Source: Bugula neritina (taxonomy: Eukaryota > Animalia > Bryozoa). Taken from it: a stretch of 64,000 nucleotides of DNA. Made by a program: the position numbers and the translations under genes. Below, one piece after another: positions 35,344-48,600 of the stretch. Each line of letters starts with the position of its first letter. Position 1 is the stretch's first letter. The stretch spans positions 3,132,741-3,196,740 of the forward strand of contig OZ037768.1 of NCBI GenBank assembly GCA_964035545.1. Direction: 5' to 3'. The notes under the pieces are model-generated. The model was not told the DNA's origin and made no database searches. It worked only from the letters and a program-made list of their open reading frames with translations.

Positions 35344-36449
35344 GTTTTGGTTGACAAAATAGAAAAAGTTTCCTAGGCTAAGTATCATTTGCAATCTTGA
35401 ATTTGGCTAGCTTCCCATTTAAAACATATCTAGTATTAGAAGGTAAATATTTCTATTTTCATAATAATATTCTTTTTGAAAGACTGTAGATGTATTAATG
35501 ACTATTTTATCCTTCAAAAGTACTCTGGGTGAAAGAATCTTTCAATATTAATTTAGAATCAAAGTGCCTAGTCTATGTTATATATAGTCGTGTGATAATT
35601 GAGATTGGCCTGTAACAGCTATTCATCAGCCTCTACCATATTTGTTGAACATATAACATTAAAATTACATACATTTTTAATAGTATTTTGTATTTCAAAT
35701 TTTTCATCATAAACACCGATTACTGTAGAATCATAATATTGTTTTTAAAACAATGGTACTTTTGCTCTTAGATGGAAAGCATAAATTTTTGAATACACTA
35801 TTTACAATCTGTCTTTTGCAGTATGACCTTTAGTTGCAAACTAGCTTCCTTCTTTTGTTTCATGGAGGGTAAAGCAGGCCTCTCCAACCACATTGGAGTT
35901 ACTGCTGCAGCACATTAGCCTATTACAGCAAGAAACTACACCAGCTGCAAGTCTTTGTTTCTATAATGCTGATTTGTACTCATGCAGATAAGCCTTAGCA
36001 TGATAATCTTTATATTATACAGCTATAAAACCTCAGCAAAAAGGATGCAACCATCTTCATGGTTGACACAAATGAGAAGTGCTTGTATAATTAGTTAAGA
36101 AAGTTTGAAAGAGTAGCAAGTGTGGAATAGTTTTTCTGGTGGTAAGAATAGGAAATAGTGTTTCAAGAGGGGAACTTGTTACATAACCTCTAAGTTAATT
36201 GTACAATGATTAATGGTTTCCAAACCTTTACATATACATTTCTAATTTTCATAAACTTAAAACAGTTTAAGTTAAATATTTTACCAAGAATGCGTTAGTG
36301 ATTGTAAATACTACAACAGCATCAAACAAACGTACTGAAATTAGCCAATTACATCATTGAAATCAAAAGATACTTCAACTCAAAATTTATCAAATTTGTT
36401 TCCCTTGTATGTGATTATTGAAAATGTACTAAAAACACTTTTTGATACT

Positions 36450-36455
36450 TTTATT
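36450..36455 (-). other. Candidate polyadenylation signal of BRE1
   Basis: AATAAA on the minus strand ~170 nt after the stop codon. Confidence 0.45.
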
Positions 36456-36622
36456 TTGACTTCAACAATATGTACAACTTCCACAAAGAAATAATTAATA
36501 ATGATACAATATACAGCAATACTAAACATATACATTCTGTATTCTACGTCTGCTGACAAAATATAATACAGATTGAATTACACAGCATCATATCAACTTA
36601 TTTTTGTGAACAGTTTAGAAAG

Positions 36623-39600
36623 TTAGGAAATATATATTCGGTGATAATCATTAGCTCCAAAAGCAGCATTGCACTTGGGACACTTTCTTTGACGAGTTTC
36701 GTAGCGAGTTTTCAAGCATTCCAGACAGAAAACATGGAAGCACTTAGTAAGCACAGCATCTTTCTTCTTCACTTTACATGATGGACACGTCAGCTGCTCC
36801 TGTCAACAGATTCAAAGGTAATCACTGGCAACGCAGGTGTAAATTATTCTATCATATGACCTTCTTTTACCCAAGAATGACAATGAAATGCTGGCAATAA
36901 TTACATGCCCTGTGCTGAATAAATATACATTATTACGTTATTTAAAATTAATTCTCTGATTAATTCAATGACTCAGCATTTCAAATTAATCATTTATTCA
37001 AAAGGCATAGCTACGTAATGTAGAAGTTACCCAATAATGGTATTTTGGTAATTTTGCAAACAACAGCTACTGACTGATTCAGTTTGAATGCAGCTACTTG
37101 ACCATAAAGAATTATTTCAAAACTAAATACTCTGTTGATTTGTTGAATTATTCAGCATTAGGACTTGGTCAGAAAACTTTCCTTTAAACATCTAACTGCA
37201 TGCAAGCTAACTCACTGTCAGAGACTAGGATTTTAAAGAAAAGTTGGTAGGGCCAAGGAGGTGCTCCGCTTAAAGAAGTTACATTATACTACAAAGGTGT
37301 TAATAGGAATACTTTCTGCTCTAAAGAAAAGACATTAAACTATACCTACAAGTTGTAACAATATTTACTCACAAAATTTATCCACCCCTACATGTAGATT
37401 CAATATTTAAATGCATGTGTCTATACTCTAGTTCTGGTGAATTTAGAATTAGCCACATTAATTCAATTTAAAAAGCTAATCATCCTGGGAAAGTAAAATA
37501 TGTAAATAAATTGAGTAAATGTCCACTAAACACTAGAGACTTAGTCCAACAGTTTTCCTATATTGAGTGAAACTTTTATGGACTCAGATCACAATTATTC
37601 TTTCTACGAACTAAAATGACAAAGGCTGTTCTAGCACAAAGAATTTGATTTATGGAGTATTGAACAAGAAATATCAATCTTATTTTCAGCTAATACAGAT
37701 TTTAAATCACATTTTTATCTGAGGAAATTTACATAATATTCAGTAGAGGCTGTTTTTTCAATTTGCTAATGAATGTGCTTCATGTCACATGCCAACTTAT
37801 GTAACTGAGTTGATAAAAGATGTTTGATTTTGGCAGAATGTGATGGAAGTTATTATGTCTATAATTTATTGCACACAGAAAGAGATGGATGAAGATGAAG
37901 GAGCCATTGTTACAGTCTATTAATAAACAGCACAGTGATATGCTGATCCTGTTGGGTGTTCCCGGCAGCTGCTGCCTTCCTGCCCCGGTGGAAATGGCGG
38001 AAATGCTGTCTGACACTTGATGGTGGAATGCAAACAAAATGTTGAAACCAGTTGCCAGTTTAGAAACTAACAACATTTGGATATCAACACGAGTATGAGG
38101 AACCCAAGTGACAACTTCTGATTCGAATAAAATCAACAAAAGCGAATAATTGCAGAGGAGAAATCAAATTAGCAAAGACCATCTCCAGAAGAATTCTAAA
38201 ATGGCGCTGTTGTAGTATAGATATGTATAATGATGGGTAGCTAAGTTGTGAAATGCTACCTTATATTCTCTAATTTCTTCAAGTAATACTTCGTCAGTGT
38301 TGCCCATTTGCTCAATCTTTTGACTTCTCTCATATTTTCTTTTCACCGAAGCCAGCTCCTCCTAAACAAGTAAATTAAAACTGTAAAATGTTCCGCTCAT
38401 CAAACTTACTGATTGAAAAAACTCTCATTGGAAAAGTATGCATTATATGTATTTAAAACGACTAAAAACAAAAAATCAGCATTACTATATTGGCGTTCCT
38501 TCTCTAACTGAAATATAAAGTTACTTTTACAGTAATTAGACAAAAATAGGTTATAAAAAAGTAGGCATTGCCTGCCAAGCTATGCAGGCAATTTAATTAC
38601 AATATATATTATTAGGGTTCTATTAACATTTTTCCTTTTCAGTGACTGACAGCTTGAATCTAGGAAAGATATTGTGGCAATGTCCACTAACATTGCTATC
38701 AAGAAGTATATAAATAGCTTATGAATTATTAAATATAATAGTTAGTTGTAGAATTGTACTCTTTATAATTGGCATTTGATGATGGGAGATAGAAAATTGT
38801 CAGCTAATACCACCTCAGCACTTCCCATAAGGTAATTATAAGCACAAAAATATCACCCTGTACCAATTCCCTTGGTGAAATAGCAGCACCAAAATATTTC
38901 TAACTTTTACTGCACCAGCTATAGTAGTATATCACCTAAAACTATAATCTTAAAAACAATTATAAAACTTTACTAAATACAGCTGCTGCTTTATTGTTTA
39001 CAACCCTTTGTGTATAAATACAATAATGTGAGATAACACATTCAGTTCTTGTTTGATCTGTGACTAGCTAGGAACAATGCAATGGTAATGTGTAAATACT
39101 TGCTAATGATATTTATCACATTGATATTCCACGACTGACATGTTTAGGAGAAAATGAATAACACAATTGTGACATTGATAAATGCATTCAAAAATTGCAG
39201 AAATTTATTCTCCAATTACAATACAACATATTCCATTAGTTTGAGTTTTACCAGAAGAATTGCAGTAAACAATATGCTAATATAGATTGCTAATTTATAA
39301 ATGAATGTCTTCCAAGTCACAGTGAGTCTAGGTTTGATTAGCACCAGATGTAAGACTCCCTAAAATATTTGTTATAAAGTATGATAAATGACTATTATAT
39401 GACGAGTCAATCAGGTATGTGGTGCATAGTGGGATACAGAAACTACGTGGTAGGGACGCAGTACGCTACCTTGACAACAACGTAGCGTACGTGTAACTTA
39501 ACAATTCAGTCTCTTTGCACAGTCTAATCTATAACCAATCTCTCCCTCAAGGTGGTCCAATGGTGTAATAATAAACATATCAGAAGGTTCCGGTGAGAGT

Positions 39601-42600
39601 TACACGATGTAATGGAGTGAAACTAGACAGCCCAGAATCTGATATGAACATAATGGGGCATTGCGGAGACATCTGAGACCAGTGTGTCCTCAGTAGGCCA
39701 TTAAGTATGAAATATTGGGTAAAGTCTTAGATACAAGTTAGCAGAGGTAAACATACGCAGGTATCTAAAAACTATGAATGGAAGAGTTGCGTTCCCTGAC
39801 TGATTCATGCCAACTACTACTCTGTACCAACCTTCTTAAGCAATGATTATGTAAACAGGAAGTTTCTCCACCAGCATGCCATTGTAACGATCAATTTAAC
39901 TGGTAAGTTGCAATAAGCAAATCAGCACGCATTCCACACTTGCAAGTTTGAAAGGCATAAATATTACGAATGATAATATATACAGAAGTTAGTCACCGAA
40001 GATATAAAAAGCTTTGCTGATTTCACGGTAAATTAATAAATGAATGGAAAAAGTAAATCAGTGATGCAAGGGTTTAGTAATGAAGATAGGAGCTATGAAA
40101 TGGAACAGACATGTTACAAGTTATATATTCTTCATCCACAATGAAATTATGCAGAAAAGGCTTTAAATAATTCCAAGTGAGTAGGATTTGGCTAATCACC
40201 ATTAATTTGTTTTCGGCAAATGATGGCGGATAAACTAAAACAGAGGTGTTTACCTACAGTCACATGACTCATCTAGAGAGTGGAAGTAGCAAGGGAGCTT
40301 AAAACAGAGGAGAGGATAAAGAAAGTAATTAGAATGATAGGGGGTAGAACATAACTGCAAATATTTTGGATCTGAAGACAGTAAATAGTAGAATGAATCA
40401 ACTCAAAACAGCTAACAGTCTTACAACTAATGTGAGAGTAAGCTAATGTATGAACTTGGCTTCTCAAAGTGTTATTTACACAGCAGAAAAACGGTCACTA
40501 ACTAAAATATGTTAATTCCATCAATCAGTGTTACAGGGAAATAACGTATATTTCACAAGGTAATATATTGCTTTCCACAAATTATGCACCACTCAAGATC
40601 TGACATAATTGAGAAGGCTTCAAATTTGCATTGTTTAATTAAAATTATTTATTATTTATGTCTGTAGAAGAACAAATTAAGTGACATTAATTTAATTATC
40701 TACCAACTAGGCGAAATTTAAATTATAAACCAATCAATCAATAACTCAAGACTTCCAATAATTTGCTATTTAAAACTATTTGTGCCCAAATAGTTAACTA
40801 CTTGTGTTGACAAAAGCACCATAATTATTAATGAGTTTAGTGCAACTGATAGTACAGGAGAGAAAAATGCCAGAGTACAAACAGTTCTGTCTAATGCTTA
40901 CAATGGTAAACTGTGGCAGTCGGAGTTTTAACTGCTGGAGATTTTGTAACTGTAAATCAAGATAAAGATTCAAAGACAAAAGATGTAGAACTACTCTGAT
41001 ATTGCAATATTTTGATGGATAACTTCCTCCTGCTGATTTATTGCAGAGGTGGATTATGTGGGATAATCCTAACTGTAATAAATCATATCAACTTTAAATA
41101 TCTACTTGTTTATATGGCGGCTATAATCCACTACCTAAATAGTGATAGGTGTGGGGCTGGCATGGTACACTCTGATTTTACATCTTAAAAACTCGAGTTC
41201 TACCAGAACATTTAGCAGTTATGAAGGGTTTGTCAAGTGTGCAAAGAACAAACATTCAAATCAAATTTGATACTAAAAACTGGCTGAAATAATTTATACA
41301 AAACCGGTGTTAATGATGCCGCTGACTTACCGCTAGTTTAGAAGCGGCTAGTAAACTTACTGCAATTCTGCGGTACTTGAAGGACTGCTGGTCTAGTGCC
41401 GTAGTCTTGTCTGCCACAGCAGTCTGGGCTTCTTTCAGCTGAGAATGGTACTTCTCTAAATGTAGCTTGAGATCGGCTGCTGTTTGGGAGCTCTCCATTG
41501 CCTTTCTCTTAAAACTCTCCATTGACTGGGTTCTGAGGCTACACATGAAACAAAACACAAAACTTTGTCCATATTTTAAAGTATAACAAAAACAAATCTA
41601 CATAAAAGACAAACTTTCAACAAAGAAATTGAGTTTCCTGTTTATGTTGTTTCTGCAAATGTTTCATTTTTTATATTGCATATTTCCAAAAGAAAATTCC
41701 ATTTTACATAAGATTTTTCAATAGGTGGAAAGCGAAACACTGCCATAATTCTCTAGCATATCTGCAAGGCGCCAAAACCTCTTCAACAGGTTAAAAGCTA
41801 TTTTAATGATTAGTTTATTTTATATCAGAAGATAATTTTTTTAAATTCCTTGAAATTTTTTTATTACTGAAAAAGTTAATAAAAGCTAGTCAATTTACTT
41901 GATTTATTGCAAAGTTAAATGTATAACTGCTGAACGTCAAACAAATTCTATTTGATATGAACATGGCTTCACTAAAAGCTGAAAAGTCTTCTGAAAATTG
42001 TCCATTAACACTCACCTACCAGATAAGCTGGTCAATCAGGTATTAATTATGCAATTTAGCTTATAATTGATTTCATCAAACTGCACATCCCCATATATTG
42101 TGTTATAAATTATATAACCACCATAAATAACCAGGAGAGTATATAACATTAGCTTTGTGTGATTAGCTGCATTTTCCTTATTAATCAACGAACATAAATC
42201 TGTTTAACGGCAATGTGAAGGTTGGCTTAGAGAATAATAGTCTCAACACCACACATAGTTGCTGGCAATAAAACAGTCCCTTCGTCAAATAATTAAGCAT
42301 TTTGCAATTAATTTTATTATTTTTAAATTTATTTAAACAGAAATTACAAACTATGCATAAATAACACAGACTGGCGGAACTCAATTTATGTATTTTGGTA
42401 GAGGAACTGAATTACCCATGTGATTGACTAGAATTGGGGTGTAGTTGTATACATATGGCCAGATTATTCAGTGAATTGAGCCAAAAAATTAGGTACTACG
42501 TGTTAAAAATAAACGCAGCTGCAATTACCTAGTATGTGCTTACTTTAGCTAATACTTTAGCTTTATATACTTCCCTATACCAAAAAAACTAAAGTATTAT

Positions 42601-45600
42601 TTTGTTTTTGCATCTAGATTATATAATTATGAACGACAGCGTAGTTATAACAAAAGCTCCTCTGAATTTTAATTGCAATGTATAAATGCATAAGATTGAT
42701 ATTCACATGTTAACAAAACCATTCGCTTTTATACGCAGTGAAATTTGCTGATTCACTGGGTTTGTTAAATAGCGATATAAGCCATCAATAAGCTGCCAAC
42801 TGCCATTAGCACAACTATTATTATCGCTAGTACTATCAGTATCACTAGTACCATCAGTATTACTAATACTATCACTATGACCAACACTATTATCATTATC
42901 ATTATCACATATCATTCTACTGTTGGTTTTCAGAAGATGGAGTAATTATTATAGCTTTCCAATTCCAATTTTAGTTGATGAGAATAAAAACTCAAAAAGA
43001 GGAAAGCAGCAATACCCGAGTTCTTTTTCAGAGTTGGACATGACACTCTGGAGTATCCTCTCTTTCTCCTCCAGTTTCCTAACAACGTTGTTCTGAGCCT
43101 CCACCTGGTGTTGCAGCATAGTCACCTGCTCAGTGTACGCGTCCTTCTCCTCCTTCAGTAGCTTGTGAACTTGAGCTGACTTTATTCTCTGAGTAAAGTC
43201 AAAGGTCAAGGTGAAAGTGCTGACACAGATTCATTTCAAAATGTGCAGTTACCAAATAGATATGAGTGCTACTAAGAATACAGATTTTATTACATCACAT
43301 TACTAGCAACATTGTATACCGTTTGCAAGCAGCTGTGCAATAGCACATTTAATGTTACAGCACTAGATCACACCTAAGTAGTATTTGATGGATGTCACAC
43401 ATTGACTGTAAACTAGTAACTATCAAACCTCCGACATCAGCTTAAAGTTGGCATCATCTTTCTCCTTCAGCTGCTGAACGAGTCGAATATTCTGCTCCTG
43501 TTTCTCTTCGTATGCCTGACCCGTCAGCTCCATTTCTTTCAGCAATTCTTCTTCCTCCTACACAAAAGAATCATTTTGAAAAAAACAAACAGCAGGCGCA
43601 CTTTGAAAAAGTAACAAAAATAACTGGCTTTTACCATTAAAATTATTTAGCAAAGATTTATAAGCAAATGCTAATAAATAGATATAAAGACTCGGCTATT
43701 ACTGCTCGCCACCATATTTATGATTATGTAAAATTGATGCCCAAGATGAAAGACATAGCTTTTTTAACTTTTCATAAAAAACAACAAAGTATTATGCCAT
43801 TTCCAGCAGATTTGCTGGTATAGACTGAAAAGAACAAGAAAACATAATATTCATAGAGTGAAAATGTTATTTCTGTTAAACCATTATGAAAATAACTATC
43901 TAGCTCAGCTGGAAAAATCTAAGTCAAGCCATTTCTGGCAAGTCTGCTTCACCCAAGAGGGCAAAAAATAGATCACTAAATGTTTTGATTTGCACATCCT
44001 ATTCCTTCTTAGAGGAATATCCTAGTTGTAGCTCATCTGTAGCGCCTGAGTATATTGCATAACCATAATACAAGAGTTTGCATACATTTACAGATAATGA
44101 CCAGAACACTGCTGAGCTAGGGCTCCCTCCCGGGCAGCTTTGGTAATAAGCAACACTTTTCTCATAAACAACATAATTTGTAAAAAATATGTTATATTGT
44201 TGAGGGCCGAATTCTGTTTCCACATATTGAAACGAGGAGTAAACTTTATTTGTGATTAGTTTGAGAATTTTTGACTTGATGGAAAAAGGAAGCTATAAAC
44301 TCATCAAACTTAGACAGAAATGAACAAATTAAACACAAATACGTCATATAATTGCCTAAACCCAAAGAAACAATTAGATATAAACACAAGTAATAAATTA
44401 GGAGTTGAATGTTAAACCTCAAGCAAGTCCAAGCTAATAAGTTCGCGAGCATACCTATAGTAGGGAAGTAAACCTGACTGTCACAGCCTGACACTAATAA
44501 ATTATACAATTACTAGTGGGAGATGTCTAAACACATATTGCAGAAAATTCTAAGAAAACCAGAAAATTGGATACAAAACCAAAATGTGAGCGAATGGAAT
44601 GCTTTTAACTTGCTGTTATTTTTATTATCATAGGACAGCAGCTAATCTCTAAGCCTGTTCTCCTTCAGTGATGGTAGATGCAAGATGTTAGTGAAATTCC
44701 AGTGAAGATAGGTGAAAGTTTTACTATCACTATTTTACTGAAACAAGATCTAAATAAACTTACAATTGTTTATGAAGTCAAAATTCAAAATTTGCAATTA
44801 ATCACTAAATTCATTCTTTTCACTGTTGAATAAGGAGATGAAACTAATAATTCGTATGAAGTTTGAATATTCCAACACACAAGAAGCTAACTTTTTGCAC
44901 TAGAGATTAGGTAACCCTGCATGTATTGGTAAGATACAACAAAAGGCTAAAAGAACCATCTGATATTTCCAAGTTGATAGATGAGCAGCCATAACGCATA
45001 GATACGAGCAAAATTTAAACAATCAGGATATATATGTGTATATACAGGATAAAAAACAGCAGGTTTACACCTCAACATCGGCTGTTTATTCGAAGCAAGT
45101 AAGACAGCTGCAAGTAAGACAGCTGCAAGTAAGACAGCTGCCAGTAATGTTTCAGAGTGCATCACTTCATATTTTATTACACTATTGCCTAGAAGTTTTA
45201 ATTTTATTGTATTTTAGTACTTTAAAGTTTTAATTACTGGGTGACTAAAATTGCCTGTACTTCGGAGCCAGTTGCTAGGTGCTTCTCATTGTACAGAAAC
45301 AACTTTCATGCTGACAATTTTAAGCCTAATCTGGAGAAAAGGTTTTGGCACCCTTGTTTTAAATTGAGGTCTTTCTGATATTGTCGGTAAAGCTGGAAGA
45401 TATATGATTAGGTAACAGTTGATATTTTAATAGTCTTGAAAATTTAGACTTTTTGCCCAATAACATTCAATTATAAAAGGCCAACCTTGTAGGTTAAAAT
45501 TGAATAATATAAGTTTAAATTTGATGGATGAATTAGAAAAATATTAGTGTGCAAACTAGCCCAGTTACAGTAATGATTAATTACCAGTAGAAACCATTAA

Positions 45601-48600
45601 TTAGCCAAGTTTCAAGTACAGTGAGATCATTAGATCTTCCTGATGGTGGTTATGTCTTGTAGCAAGAAACCTGGAAGGGCACCTGCTCAGGTCCAACACC
45701 TGTCTATACCATATTTTCTGATTGAAGAATGTTACAGCTGAAGTAATGTTCTGAAACTTGGAATTAAACAACTGCAAATCTACACCCAACTGTACATGAG
45801 AGTGTTACTGTAACTCTGGTCTATTGATAGAACCCACAATATTTGCTGCAAAAACATATTTTTTTGTAAAAAAAAGATATATATAGTTATATACTCTGCA
45901 GCTACACAACGCTTTGAAATCTTTCACCACCTGAGATTACTTTGAAATGTTACCAGGTGAGCTAGAGGGGTATATATTATGTGCAATTATGGTGGTGCTT
46001 TTTCTGCTAGCATTGAATTCTCTTGGTTTGAAGTGCGGGTTGAAGGTGCGTCCATTTTGAAAATCAGAAATATTGTTCCATTTTATACAACCGTTATAAT
46101 TGTCAAACCTATATGCATGCTCAAAGATGTGCTTAATGCTGTCTCTAGTCTCTATAAGAATGAAAGTAGCTTTATTTTCAAAACCTTACTAAAAAAATCT
46201 ATAATCAACTAATTCCAGATACTGCACACCACCTATGGATAGGCCTACTAGTAAAAGTTTACTGTTAGTTCAATGAACTTTATTGTGAATCAGTTTTCAT
46301 AAATGAACATAAGGATCTAAAGTTATCAATATTTTCATATTTACATATTTACTCAGAGCCATGTTGATTTCCAGCAACTGTATATAATTTTTGACGTTTC
46401 ACTGACAATACATCATATCAACTGAATAAGTAATACATTTGTATATGAATGCTGCCAAAAATGATGATTTTTGAATAAAAAAAACATTTGTTACAGAATA
46501 CCTACATGTACAAGTGAATGTCATAACTCTGAACATAACACACTTGACAGGTTATAAATCAGTTTTATTTAGTAAAACATCACCTCTAGTCTTTATAAAA
46601 CTGCTGGGTAATGTTTGATATATTTTATTACTTTTTTATTACACCCAGATTCTAGCCTCTAGCAAACGAGATATTTTAAATGACTGTATCAGATAACCTT
46701 TGGCAGATGGTATATATTTAGCAAAATTATATATAATTTAATAGACTATAGAAAGAAGTCTTTGTTAGTTATAAAACAGTATTATTGACAAAATATTACT
46801 TGTGGCTATGGCACATCTGTGTATTTTTACAAGACGTATACCAAAACCCTGGGGGGGGGGGAGTAAATAATCCTAATAAGTAAAAGGTTAAGTTTGTTGA
46901 ATCCTTCCCATTCAGGTATACACATGTATCTGTATCTCACTGTTCTCTTTTTCCTTCCATAAGTCACATAAGGTTTTGGAACCCTTAGTTTATGCAACAC
47001 ATGTACATACATTATAACATACCATATAAGATGGTAACTGAAAAACATCAACTGGTGACGAGGCAAACGGAAATGTATCAACTAACTTATATTATGACTC
47101 ATTTATAACTCCTAATAACTTTAGGACACTGACTCACAGATTACTATAATGTAGACTAGAAGATTAATCAGTATTCAATACTTTACAGTCATGTAGAAGC
47201 TGAAGAAATGAGTCATTAAACAATGCAGAGTAGCTTAAAGTAAAAGATATTTACCTAGCAACCTTGTAATTATTTAAATTGTTTTTAATATACTACCTAA
47301 ACGCAATAGAAATGAGAGAGTTGATTTAAAAGCCATGTGATCAAGCACACGTTTATTATAAAATTCCCATCTCTGATCTTTTTCAACATGGCTGGGACAA
47401 CTCCAGCAAACAATGCTTAATTATAGTTGCCTAATTAGACCTGTTTTGCACCTGTCAGATAGTAGGGTAACCTGTATGACCTGCTGCAATGACACCCATC
47501 ACTTCTAGGAACTTAACAAGTTGGCAAGTTTAAATAATTGCTTTCAGTAGGTAACACTAGAAAACTGACACCAACAACCCAGGACTTCGCTTCCCTTCAT
47601 AGATGTAACATATTTTATAGCAAAAGGCATTATCTTTCTGCACCAGGAAAGAAATCCAAGGGTATAATGCTTTTTTAAACACTAATGAAGAGCTAATCAC
47701 AACCTACACTGCTGCATTGGCCGAGTGACAGCAGATTGACAGTATATCTAGTATATCCGCATACTGATGGCTCCTCAGGTGTTGTAGATCAGACCTAGTC
47801 CATCCTACACGTAGTCAAACCGCCAACAGCTAATATTAGAGATTACAATAAATAATCTTGTTGATCTCGAATTGAATAAATATTACTATCGGTATCTCTG
47901 TCAGAATCCGACCAGCACGTGACACGATAATGTCATTTTGCGGCACATTTAATAAATCTGATCGTAATAAAAGCTCTATTTAGTATGATTGTCTGTAAGC
48001 AATTGAATATCGATGTCGCGAATTCTTCGTATCCTGACGACATGAATACGTGGCCATTCCAAAAATCACGGATAAACGTAGTATGAAAAATCTGGTGGAG
48101 TACCAAATGGCTTATCGTATATGTGGACAATTTTGAATGGTGACTATTTGAAACAAAGAAAAGTCAATTGTAGAGGTAGCATAGATTATAGAATTATTAA
48201 TTCATTTTGAAAGATTTTAATCATTTTAACCGGCTCAGTAATTAGCATTTATGTTGGCCTTTTAGTCGTCACTTATTACTAGTTATTATCTGGGTAGCTC
48301 TTTATTTCATTTTACTTCAGAGTAGTACAAACCAAATATTCTTTATTTAGTAGAAGCAGTTGAAATGATTAAACTCTCTAAAAAGACAAAAACTTTATTA
48401 GTGCGGTATGTTCAGCTCCGCTTGCTAAAAAACATTCTCCAAAGTTCCGGTACCTGGTAACATATGGTGAGATCTGAAACACCTACCGTTTTATGATGGG
48501 CTAGCTCCTTCTTCAGCTCACACATCTGTTCCTCATACTTCTTAATCTTCTTCAGGGCATCTCCATCAGCCAACTTTCTCTTTTCTTTTTTCTCAGATTC

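Noticed and set aside
37888-38148. TGA read-through / selenoprotein interpretation of the plus frame
   Set aside because: No selenoprotein-like motif or SECIS recognised; TGA-only interruption can arise by chance opposite an open antisense frame.
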